Both the position numbers and the translations under genes were made by a program. A stretch of DNA of 32,388 bases, from contig JBHLMP010000043.1 of the NCBI GenBank assembly GCA_048938025.1, positions 1 through 32,388 on the forward strand, written 5' to 3'. This document shows positions 8,130-16,942 of the stretch, piece after piece. Source of the DNA: Promethearchaeota archaeon (GTDB taxonomy: Archaea > Asgardarchaeota > Lokiarchaeia > Sigyniarchaeales > SOKP01). The notes under the pieces were generated by a model, which saw only the letters and a program-made list of their open reading frames with translations, did no database searches and had not been told where the DNA came from. Position 1 is the first letter of the stretch, and every line of letters begins with the position of its first letter.

Positions 8130-10532
8130 TTATCTCTTTTTATTAAATTGAAAAAATCCAGCTATCAATTGTCCAGTACTTATACCTGCATCACCAGGTG
8201 CTACGAGATGATGTTCAAGAAATTGATATCCTGCTTGATTAATTTCTTCCTTTATTGCATTAGAGAAGGCAAAATTATAAGCAACCCCCCCAGTTAAACC
8301 TATCTTATTTATATTATACTTTTTAGCTATTTTTATAGCTAAATTAGCAAAAATTTTTCCAAAATTGATTTGAAATCGCGCAGCAATATCTTCTTTTTTA
8401 TATTTCGATTCTTCTAACAAAGTTAATAACTCTAAGATCAAATCTGTTGTATTAATAAGATATTTTCCATTTTGTTTAATCCAGCTAATGTGTAAATCAA
8501 TATTTTCAGGATTCCCTTTTGAAGCTAATCCTTCAAGCCTCATTGCGGGTTCTCCTCTATAAGTTTTTATATTCGATGTTCCTAAGAGATATGATATTAC
8601 ATCAAAAATTCTACCAGTTGAACTAGTTAAAGGGATGTTTTCTGAAGAAAATTTAGTTTTTCGCATTTCAAATTGTGATATTAAAGCATTCAGTTCAACT
8701 CCCTTATATTCTAAGTCATTTTCTAGGCCTATTTTTTTGAAAATTTTTATTGCTTCTTCGCTATCAAGAGCTTTAAGTATAATTGAAGCAGTCATTCGAG
8801 CAGGATATTTGGTACATCGGTCTCCACCAATCATTGGTTGATATTCTAAATGACCTACTCGTTGATATTTATCATAAGAACATAATAAAATTTCTCCCCC
8901 CCAAATTTTACCATCATCACCGTAACCAACACCATCTACACTGATCCCAACAATTTTTTCATCAATTTTTAGATTATTTTCAGCCATCAAGCTTAATACG
9001 TGAGCAAAATGATGCTGAATTTGAAATAAATCGACATTATATTTCGAAGCGAGCTCTTTCGCAAGTTTAGTAGTTATAAAAGCAGGATGTAAATCACATG
9101 TTATAAATTCAATTTCAGAATCCCTTATTTGTAATAGATTTTTCATATGAACGAGTGCATTTTTCAAAAATTCATATGTTTCAAGGTGAGTTACGTTTCC
9201 AATATGTTGGGTTGGAAAAATTCGATTACCTCTTAAAATAGCTCCAGTGACAGCTAATTCAGGTCCAGTTGATAGAGCAGCTTGTATTTCTACATCAAAA
9301 GGTACGAGTAAATATTCGGGGACATAACCTCTAGATCTTCTTATTAGTTTAACTTTATTATCATGAATTCTTAAAACACTATCATCTGCTCGTTGAAAGA
9401 TTGGTCTATTATGAAGAAGAAATACATCTGCAAGATTTTGAAGTTGATTAAAAATCATATCATTTTCAATACCCATTGGAATATTTGATTTATTGCCACT
9501 AGTATAAACTAATGGTTTCTCTCCGATATAATCAAATAACAAATGATGGATTCCTGAATAAGGAAACATAACACCTACATTATTTAAACCCGGAGCAACT
9601 TGTTTGCTGATATCTGAATCATTAGAATAGTTTTTTCTTTCTAATAAAACAATAGGTCGTCGAAAAGAGGTCAAAATTTCTCGTTCTTCTTCTGAGATGT
9701 AAAAGTCCTTTTCAATTAATCTAAAATTTGGCACCATTAAAGCAAATGGTTTAAATTTCCTTTCTCCTTTTCTTGTTCTAAGTTTTAGAATAATATCATC
9801 ATCAGCTAAACAAACTAAATGAACTCCACCTATACCTTTGACTGCTATAATTTCTCCATTATTAATTCTGTTTGATGTTTCTTTTAGAATTTCTTTTATG
9901 GAGGCTTTCTCGATTACATTACCTGATTTATTGTAAAGTTGATAATTTGGACCACATACAGAACAAGAATAAGTTTGAGCATGAAATCTTCTATTATTAA
10001 AATCATAATATTCTTGAATGCAGGATTCAGGTTCAGCTTTATCACAGAAAGGAAACTTTATCATTGTTGTACGTTCTCTGTCATATGGTAACTCTTTTAC
10101 AGTAGTAAATCGAGGGCCACATACTGCACATGCGATAAATGGATAATTGTAATACTTTCTTAAATTTCTATTTCTCATATCATTTAAACAATTATCACAA
10201 ATAGCAATATCAGGCGGAAGGGTTAGACTTAGTCCTCGCCCTTGTTCACTCTTTTTAATTTCTAAATTAGGAAATGCCTTTTCGGAATCGATCTCTTTTA
10301 CATTAAAATGCTCAATAAAAGATATTTTGGGCTTATTATTCTTTACTTCTACAATAAATTTTTCAATATTTTTTGATTCACCTTGTAAGATTAACCGAAC
10401 TCCTGCATTTCCTCGATTAAGAATATACCCTTTTAACTCGTTATTTCGTGCTATATTAAATAAGAACGGTCTAAATCCTACCCCTTGAACAATTCCAGTA
10501 ATATTAATTTCTACAGTTCTAATATCATTCAA
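8130..10532 (-). CDS. hypF: Hydrogenase maturation carbamoyltransferase
   Basis: GIVQGVGFRPF acylphosphatase domain, Zn-finger CxxC pairs, KGIGG, QHHFAH, DGVGYG, PGDAGISTGQ; TTG start. Confidence 0.97.
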   Translation of the reverse strand: MNDIRTVEINITGIVQGVGFRPFLFNIARNNELKGYILNRGNAGVRLILQGESKNIEKFIVEVKNNKPKISFIEHFNVKEIDSEKAFPNLEIKKSEQGRGLSLTLPPDIAICDNCLNDMRNRNLRKYYNYPFIACAVCGPRFTTVKELPYDRERTTMIKFPFCDKAEPESCIQEYYDFNNRRFHAQTYSCSVCGPNYQLYNKSGNVIEKASIKEILKETSNRINNGEIIAVKGIGGVHLVCLADDDIILKLRTRKGERKFKPFALMVPNFRLIEKDFYISEEEREILTSFRRPIVLLERKNYSNDSDISKQVAPGLNNVGVMFPYSGIHHLLFDYIGEKPLVYTSGNKSNIPMGIENDMIFNQLQNLADVFLLHNRPIFQRADDSVLRIHDNKVKLIRRSRGYVPEYLLVPFDVEIQAALSTGPELAVTGAILRGNRIFPTQHIGNVTHLETYEFLKNALVHMKNLLQIRDSEIEFITCDLHPAFITTKLAKELASKYNVDLFQIQHHFAHVLSLMAENNLKIDEKIVGISVDGVGYGDDGKIWGGEILLCSYDKYQRVGHLEYQPMIGGDRCTKYPARMTASIILKALDSEEAIKIFKKIGLENDLEYKGVELNALISQFEMRKTKFSSENIPLTSSTGRIFDVISYLLGTSNIKTYRGEPAMRLEGLASKGNPENIDLHISWIKQNGKYLINTTDLILELLTLLEESKYKKEDIAARFQINFGKIFANLAIKIAKKYNINKIGLTGGVAYNFAFSNAIKEEINQAGYQFLEHHLVAPGDAGISTGQLIAGFFQFNKKR

Positions 10533-10678
10533 GTAGATGTCTCAGATTTTAAAAAATAATTTTAGGTTAAAATTAATTAGTCATGCTTTTAAAAAAAAAT
10601 CTAATATTATATTGGGAAAATTATTAAAAGGATTAGATTATATTTTATTATCTATTACTCATAAGAATTATGATATAA

Positions 10679-11551
10679 ATGAACATAAAAGTAAATAAAT
10701 GGGATATTTCATATCATGAAGCTTTCTTTAAAACAAGCCATAATTCATATGAACACTCAATTAGAGAACAATTAAACAAAGGAGTACGAGGGCTCGAATA
10801 CGATATTCACGATGATAAAATTCAAGAATTAGGTGATTTTGAAGTATATCACCTCCAGAATCATTTTGATGTTTTACTTAATGAAGATGGAAATCCAAAT
10901 GATTATTTATTCTCAAATTGGTTAAAAGTAATAAAAGATTGGTCTATTGAAAGAAAAGGTGAGCATGCTCCAATAACTTTGTTTATAGAATTAAAAGACA
11001 GCATAGTTGATTCAAATAATAAGCCAGATGACCTTTATGGTATTAAGAAATTTAACAAAATACTTGTTGAATCACTCTCTCTTGAAAAATTATATACTTA
11101 TAAGAATTTCAGAGTAGACAATTTTCAATGGCCAACAGTGAAAGATTTAAAAGGACGAATAATTATTGTTCTTACAAGCTATTGGGGAGGTTATTGGGCG
11201 TCAAGTGAAGGTGGATTTGAGTCAAGGTTAATATATCTAAAAAATTCTTTAGAAAATAATGATGATATTTGTTTTATTTCTTGGATTGAAGAAGATTATG
11301 GTGATGAAGTTCAATTTTTAAAAAATAATACTTATTTTTGGAAATGTAGTCTTGATTATAGTTTTAAAGAACAGCAAAAAATAGCTTCTTCTCATAGATT
11401 AACAAGAGTTGATTTCGATAAAATTGTATTTGGAAGTCATGTAAAAACGTATTATAAAAAAAATTTTGAGGCAGGATATCGTTGTAATTTTCCAGTAACA
11501 GACTCATGGGCTGATGAAATGTATAACAACTCATTTCCATGGTCTATTTAA
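10679..11551 (+). CDS. PI-PLC X-box-like phosphodiesterase (PLC-like TIM barrel)
   Basis: TSHNSY, QLNKGVRGLEYDIH, VYH, HAPITLFIELKD, WPTVKDLKGRIIIVL. Confidence 0.8.
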   Translation: MNIKVNKWDISYHEAFFKTSHNSYEHSIREQLNKGVRGLEYDIHDDKIQELGDFEVYHLQNHFDVLLNEDGNPNDYLFSNWLKVIKDWSIERKGEHAPITLFIELKDSIVDSNNKPDDLYGIKKFNKILVESLSLEKLYTYKNFRVDNFQWPTVKDLKGRIIIVLTSYWGGYWASSEGGFESRLIYLKNSLENNDDICFISWIEEDYGDEVQFLKNNTYFWKCSLDYSFKEQQKIASSHRLTRVDFDKIVFGSHVKTYYKKNFEAGYRCNFPVTDSWADEMYNNSFPWSI

Positions 11552-12650
11552 CAAAATTCTCTTTATAATACTTATAATAAATGCTACATGTCCCTTCTAG
11601 CGAAACCATGCAGGGTCCTACTGGACTAATTGGAGTACACTCATTTCTAAACAATTTGCATTCATAAGGATATAATTTTCCAATCATAACTAAATGACAT
11701 GAACACCCTGGAGGTATATCTAACGATTTCTTAATTTTTATATCGTATTTTTTATCTGCATCAAATTTATTATACTTCTCTTTAATTTTCAATCCACCAT
11801 CAAGAACTCGTCCTATACCTCTCCATGGACTAGATACAGGGTCAAATACATCTGAGATTATTTCTTGAGCTTTCTTATTGCCTTCTGGTTTTACAACTCG
11901 AGAATATTCATTTAAGGTTTCAAATTTTTTTTCTTTCTTTTGTTTTAGTAGCATTAAAATTGCTAAAAGTACATCGTTTGGTTCAAAACCGGCGATCACA
12001 TTGGGGATTTTATAAGCATCTGAGAATAATTTAAATGGCTTTAAACCAATTATAGTAGAAACATGACCGGGGGATATAAAACCATCAATTTTTAATTGAG
12101 ATTGAGAAATTAATAATTCCAAGGCTGCAGGAATTAATTTATGAGCACATATAACTGAGAAATTTGACGGTGGTCCTGATTGAAGTTCGTATCCGATTAA
12201 AGGTACAGTAGTTTCGAACCCAATTGAGAAAAAAATGACTTCTTTTTCAGGATTTTCCTTAGCAATATTGATGGCATCGTGTGGACCATAAACAATTCTA
12301 ATATCTGAACCTTTTGCTTTTAATTCTGCTAAAGAAATATTGGTTGCTGGAACCCTGATCATATCCCCAAAAGTAGTTATTATTGTATCATCTCGCTTTC
12401 CAAGTTCAATAGCTTTATCAATATCTGCTGCTGGACATACACAAACAGGACATCCCGGACCAGATAATACTTCTAATTCCTTTGGTAGTATAGATCTTAA
12501 CCCGTATTTAGAGATTGTGTGTTCATGCGTCCCACAGACATGCATTATTTTAATATTTTTATTTAAATCTTTTATAATCCTATTAATGGATTCAATTATT
12601 TTAGTAGTAAATTCTTTCTTTCTGAATATATCAGTTCCAGGGATTTCCAT
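11544..12650 (-). CDS. hypD: Hydrogenase formation protein HypD
   Basis: MHVCGTHEH, GPGCPVCVCP, GFETT, PGHVS, GPCMVSLEGTC. Confidence 0.97.
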   Translation of the reverse strand: MEIPGTDIFRKKEFTTKIIESINRIIKDLNKNIKIMHVCGTHEHTISKYGLRSILPKELEVLSGPGCPVCVCPAADIDKAIELGKRDDTIITTFGDMIRVPATNISLAELKAKGSDIRIVYGPHDAINIAKENPEKEVIFFSIGFETTVPLIGYELQSGPPSNFSVICAHKLIPAALELLISQSQLKIDGFISPGHVSTIIGLKPFKLFSDAYKIPNVIAGFEPNDVLLAILMLLKQKKEKKFETLNEYSRVVKPEGNKKAQEIISDVFDPVSSPWRGIGRVLDGGLKIKEKYNKFDADKKYDIKIKKSLDIPPGCSCHLVMIGKLYPYECKLFRNECTPISPVGPCMVSLEGTCSIYYKYYKENFVK

Positions 12651-12686
12651 ATTCCTAAAATTATCTTTCTTATTTTAATTAATATT

Positions 12687-13748
12687 TTAACAAATTCGAG
12701 GGATTAATTCCCCTAAGGGCATATCAATAAATCTGGTACCCCCAACTACGGTTTCTAATAATACTTTTTTAGGATTATCGGCTTTAACCTCACCAATAAT
12801 TTCAGCATCTTTTCCAATCTTGGTAGATTTTATCTTTTGCAAAATCGTATCAGCAAATTGAGGATCTACTGACAAGAGAGCTCTTCCCTCGGAGGCAATA
12901 TTATAAGGATCTAAACCTAACATATCGCATATCGCTTTAACTTGTTTTTTTATAGGAATTTTTTCCTCTTCAATAAATATTCCCACATTTGATTTTTTTG
13001 CCCAATCATTTAGACTTCCAGCAATACCCCCTCTTGTAGGATCTTTCATAGTATGAATATAATTATTTTTTATTTCATCTTTAAGTGCATTATTAATTTC
13101 TAAAAGAAAGCCTAAATCAGAAATTAAATCTGTAGTTATATTCAACCCTTCACGACTAGCCATTATAGCAGTACCATGATCACCAATACTTCCAGTAATA
13201 ATTACTTTGTCTCCAATTTTTAGCCCATTATCCAATATTTTTATTTGTTTATCTTTTATGCCTATTCCTGTGGTAGCCATAATTATTTCATTTAAACTTC
13301 CATGAGGCATAACTTTTGTATCTCCGGCGATAATTGCAATATTTGCTTCTTTTGCTTTTAAATTGAACGAATTTATAATTTTTTCTAAAGTATTAAATTT
13401 AAAACCTTCTTCTATAATTATAACTGATGTAATGGCAATAGGTTCAGCACCCATCATTAATAAATCGTTAACTGTGCCACATACACTTAATGAACCTAAA
13501 TCTCCTCCTGGAAAAAATATAGGGTAAACAGTGTGCCCATCTGTGGTAATTACAATTTCTTTGTCATAATTAGACAAAGGAATAGTTGCTCCATCGTCTA
13601 ATTCTTCAACACCAACACCATTATTAACGTTCTTATACGGAATGTTTTTAGTTATAAATTCTATGAGTTCTTCTTGCAGAACCCCTCCAGCTCCATGAGC
13701 TAATCGTATTATATTTAAGCTCTCTTTTTTTAAACTCATAATTGTCAA
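12687..13748 (-). CDS. hypE: Hydrogenase expression/formation protein HypE
   Basis: LAHGAGG, FFPGGDLG, GTVNDL, GDTKV, DPTRGG and C-terminal PRIC. The real start may be the ATG at 13739. Confidence 0.97.
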   Translation of the reverse strand: MTIMSLKKESLNIIRLAHGAGGVLQEELIEFITKNIPYKNVNNGVGVEELDDGATIPLSNYDKEIVITTDGHTVYPIFFPGGDLGSLSVCGTVNDLLMMGAEPIAITSVIIIEEGFKFNTLEKIINSFNLKAKEANIAIIAGDTKVMPHGSLNEIIMATTGIGIKDKQIKILDNGLKIGDKVIITGSIGDHGTAIMASREGLNITTDLISDLGFLLEINNALKDEIKNNYIHTMKDPTRGGIAGSLNDWAKKSNVGIFIEEEKIPIKKQVKAICDMLGLDPYNIASEGRALLSVDPQFADTILQKIKSTKIGKDAEIIGEVKADNPKKVLLETVVGGTRFIDMPLGELIPRIC

Positions 13749-13860
13749 ATTGAAACAAAAATTAAAAGAATTTAGATTCTAAGATAACCAATGTTTTTTC
13801 TGAATATCCATTCGATATGATTAATTAAAAATCTCAATCCAAAGTTGACAATATGTTAAT

Positions 13861-13908
13861 TTTGAATATATATTCAAATACTAAAAAGTATAAATTTACT
13901 ATACTTTT
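13861..13908. promoter_or_regulatory. Two adjacent palindromes in the divergent hypE/vhuG intergenic region (candidate operators)
   Basis: TTTGAATATATATTCAAA (13861-13878, perfect 18-mer) and AAAAGTATA-N7-TATACTTTT (13884-13908). The AT-rich context weakens their significance. Confidence 0.4.
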
Positions 13909-14018
13909 GGAATAAGAAATTTTTAATAAAGTTATGAATAAGATATTTCAACTAATTTTTTTTTAACAAATTAGCAAATTTAAACAAAAAAAAAAACACA
14001 ATAAAAAATTGATAAAAA

Positions 14019-15341
14019 ATGGCAGTAAAAGTAGCATTCTTACAAAATTCTGATTGCTGGGGGTGTCATCAAAGCCTACTCAATTTGCATTTAGGTTTAC
14101 TTAATGTACTTCCAGCACTAGATATTGTATATTGGCCAGCTGTAGTAGATTTCAAATATGATTCATTAAAAGCAAGGGCTGATGGAGAAATTCTTGTAGG
14201 ATTCGTTGAAGGAAGTTTACGAACCAAACATGATATCGCACAAACAAAATTATTACGACAAAAATGTGCTTTAATTATTGCTTTTGGTAGTTGTTCATGT
14301 TATGGTAATGTACATGGATTAGCTAACCAATGGAGTAAGGATAATTTAGTAAAACGCAAATTTTCTGAAGTTGAAAGTATTGCTGATGAAAGTGGTGGTG
14401 AGCCTATGGTTAATACACCTGGTTTTGCTGATAAAATTGTCCCTATAGACGAAATTATTAAAGTTGACGCGTATATAGCAGGGTGTCCTCCAAAACCAGA
14501 AGCTATTGCGAGTGCTGTAGTTTTCTTATTAGGTCAAAAGCCATTTCCTATGAACGATTTATCATTCTGTAATGATTGTTCTATCAAGGATAATTGTCTA
14601 TTAGATAAAGGTACACTATGTTTTGGTAGTATTACCAGCATTGGTTGTAGTTTAAAGTGTACAACAGATGGTAAACCTTGCGTAGGTTGTTTTGGACCTG
14701 CTAAAACAGTGGATTCTAGAGCTGAAAAACTTAGTAGCATGATAAACAATCTTGGTACAGTCAGTTCTGGTGATAAAAAGAGTACATATGAATTTTTAAC
14801 TCTATTCTTAAATGTACCCTTGATGGCTGGATTTGATTTAGCCGGGGATATTTTAAAACAAATTAAAAAACGGGGATCTCCTGAGACACCTTTAGCGAAT
14901 TTACCTCCTACAACAGGAGAAATTGCTGGTAAATTAATGAGTTTTCTTAGAGATAATCGTGAATTTACTGAAATTTCAAATGTCTGTGATACCTGCCCAC
15001 GTATAATCGGAAGTAAATCTACAATGACAAGAGTTAAGCGGGACTATGAAGGAATTCCTAATTTAGAAGATTGCTTCATAGAACAAGGATATATCTGTAT
15101 GGGCCCTGTAACCAGAGCAGGATGCGGCGGAATGTGTATAAAAGTTAACGCACCTTGTACAGGTTGTTTTGGTCAAACAGAATGGGGGATTAATCAAGCT
15201 GAGAGATTCGCAGATACGGTCATAAAAGGATTTAATGTAAACTTATCTAAGGAAGAACTACTTCGTCAAGTGAAGGATCATTTAGGTACGTTTGAGAAAT
15301 TTACTTTAGCAGCAAATAGAAATTTTATAGGAGGCGAATAA
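14019..15341 (+). CDS. vhuG: F420-non-reducing (group 3c) hydrogenase small subunit, extended by a duplicated Fe-S module
   Basis: CWGC, VEG, GSCSCYG, GCPP proximal-cluster motifs plus two 8-Cys modules (C184-C224 and C323-C383); MvhG/VhuG family. Confidence 0.9.
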   Translation: MAVKVAFLQNSDCWGCHQSLLNLHLGLLNVLPALDIVYWPAVVDFKYDSLKARADGEILVGFVEGSLRTKHDIAQTKLLRQKCALIIAFGSCSCYGNVHGLANQWSKDNLVKRKFSEVESIADESGGEPMVNTPGFADKIVPIDEIIKVDAYIAGCPPKPEAIASAVVFLLGQKPFPMNDLSFCNDCSIKDNCLLDKGTLCFGSITSIGCSLKCTTDGKPCVGCFGPAKTVDSRAEKLSSMINNLGTVSSGDKKSTYEFLTLFLNVPLMAGFDLAGDILKQIKKRGSPETPLANLPPTTGEIAGKLMSFLRDNREFTEISNVCDTCPRIIGSKSTMTRVKRDYEGIPNLEDCFIEQGYICMGPVTRAGCGGMCIKVNAPCTGCFGQTEWGINQAERFADTVIKGFNVNLSKEELLRQVKDHLGTFEKFTLAANRNFIGGE

Positions 15342-15344
15342 AAA

Positions 15345-16652
15345 ATGGGAAAAGAAATAGTAGTTGACCCAGTAACTCGATTAGAAGGACATAATACATT
15401 AAGAGTAAAGTTGGGTGATGATGGAACTGTTCAGGATGTTCAATTTAACATTACTACTACTAGATTTTTTGAGAAATTTCTAGAAGGGCGATATTGTGAA
15501 CATATCCCTAGGATTACACCAAGAATCTGTGGTATTTGTCCAATACCTCATCATTTAACTCCCACTAAAGCAGTAGAAGATGCTTGGGGTATTCAGATCC
15601 CTCCTGCCGCTTACAAATTGCGACAATTATTACAGAACGCAAAACAATATTCATCGCATGCCTTACATTTCTATGCACTTGCTGCTCCAGATTTCTTATT
15701 AGGTCCTATGGCGGATCCTGCATTAAGAAATGTTGTCCATGTCATTAATAAGATGCCAGACGTAGGTGCTATGGCTCTAAAAATGATGGATTTTGGTCAA
15801 AAATTATGTCAAGCAATTGGGGGTAAGTCAGTACATCCAATAGTAGCTATACCTGGGGGGATGAAAAAACCCTTGGATGAGGATGTTAGAGATTTGTTTT
15901 TAAAACAAATTGAAGATCAAGTTGAATGGACAAAAAAGACTGTTGATATTGGTTTAAAAGTTGTGGAGGATTATTGGGACGTGGTTGCTAATGTAGGTGT
16001 TGTTCCTACATATTACGTTGGTATGACTAAAAATGGTGTTCATGATATCTATGATGGAGATATTCGAATTGTTTCTCCTAATGGCGACAAATTTGATTAT
16101 CCACCTCAAAGATATTTAGAAGCGTTAGGTGAGCATATCCCAGAACACTCTTATGCAACTCACATGTATTATAAACCAGCAGGATATCCTGCTGGAATTT
16201 ATCGAGCTAATACCTTAGCAATGATAAATTGTGCTGATAAAATGGCTACTCCTTTAGCTGATGAGGCCTTACAAGCAATGAGGGCAAAGGTTGGGACAAA
16301 TGTTATCCATCATACATTTGCTTATCATTGGGCTCGATTAATTGAACTTGTAGAATCCATTGAAGTGATAGCAACGTTATTGCAAGATGATGATGTTGTT
16401 AATCCAGATTGTAAAACTTTGGACGTACAACCAAGAGAAGGAAATGGTGTTGGCATTACTGAAGCCCCACGAGGATTACTCTTATATAACATTTGGTCTG
16501 ATGCAGAAGGAATTTGTAAAAAAGCAAATCTACTAGTAGCTACAAATCATAATATTGCAGGCATCGAGAAGACGTTAATGCATGTAGCTAAGCAAGTATT
16601 CGAAGATAAAGCCTTAGATGGATTAAAATTACCAGACCCATGGATTAAATAA
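15345..16652 (+). CDS. vhuA: F420-non-reducing hydrogenase large subunit, split form lacking the C-terminal Ni-binding motif
   Basis: PVTRLEGH, RICGIC (L1 motif), EAPRG, VATNHN; ends at LPDPWIK with no DPCxxCxxH. Confidence 0.93.
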   Translation: MGKEIVVDPVTRLEGHNTLRVKLGDDGTVQDVQFNITTTRFFEKFLEGRYCEHIPRITPRICGICPIPHHLTPTKAVEDAWGIQIPPAAYKLRQLLQNAKQYSSHALHFYALAAPDFLLGPMADPALRNVVHVINKMPDVGAMALKMMDFGQKLCQAIGGKSVHPIVAIPGGMKKPLDEDVRDLFLKQIEDQVEWTKKTVDIGLKVVEDYWDVVANVGVVPTYYVGMTKNGVHDIYDGDIRIVSPNGDKFDYPPQRYLEALGEHIPEHSYATHMYYKPAGYPAGIYRANTLAMINCADKMATPLADEALQAMRAKVGTNVIHHTFAYHWARLIELVESIEVIATLLQDDDVVNPDCKTLDVQPREGNGVGITEAPRGLLLYNIWSDAEGICKKANLLVATNHNIAGIEKTLMHVAKQVFEDKALDGLKLPDPWIK

Positions 16653-16691
16653 AATATTGAAAATTAAATATAAAAAGCGTGAACAAAAAAA

Positions 16692-16841
16692 ATGAGTGAT
16701 GTACCAGAAGGATTGGTAAATCTCTTAGAAATGGTAGTCCGCTGTTTTGATTGCTGACTATCGTGTGCCGCACACATCACGGTTGTTGATGAGGAAGGCA
16801 CTGAGATTTACTCTCGAAAATTAAACGTAGGCTTAGGATGA
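16692..16841 (+). CDS. vhuU: Selenoprotein VhuU, small Sec-containing subunit of the [NiFeSe] hydrogenase (in-frame TGA at 16755-16757 read as Sec)
   Basis: Manual translation MSDVPEGLVNLLEMVVRCFDC-U-LSCAAHITVVDEEGTEIYSRKLNVGLG*. It reproduces the hydrogenase L2 motif (EMxxRxxDx[C/U]xSCxxH) missing from the upstream VhuA. Confidence 0.93.
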
Positions 16842-16898
16842 ATATCCAATAAAAATAATAGATTGGATATAACTGCCCACGCAAGGGTTAAAGCCTAC
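16827..16898 (+). promoter_or_regulatory. Candidate SECIS-like RNA structure for vhuU
   Basis: GTAGGCTT(16827-34)/AAGCCTAC(16891-98) outer helix; ATGA at 16838-41; ATATCCAAT(16842-50)/ATTGGATAT(16862-70) helix with an A-rich loop starting AAAAA; extra small hairpin at 16875-16888. Confidence 0.65.
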
Positions 16899-16942
16899 TA
16901 ATAACAAAACATAACGAAAAAAGAGAAAAAAAGTGAGAAATA

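Noticed and set aside
13844-13860. Bacterial -35-like TTGACA within an imperfect palindrome
   Set aside because: The context is archaeal, and the arms match at only 5 of 7 positions in AT-rich DNA; likely chance.
15345-16652. vhuA as a truncated pseudogene
   Set aside because: The missing motif is encoded by the separate downstream vhuU, a known split architecture.
16827-16898. Hammerhead ribozyme reading of the three-way junction (GAUGA before helix II, UUA before the closing helix)
   Set aside because: The essential core is not matched: AGGAUGA instead of CUGAUGA, and no GAAA after helix II. The context favours a SECIS.
16839-16901. Second Sec by read-through of the vhuU terminal TGA to TAA at 16899-16901
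   Set aside because: The extension (ISNKNNRLDITAHARVKAY) just translates the hairpin, lies in the tail expected to be cleaved, and has no motif. It cannot be formally excluded.
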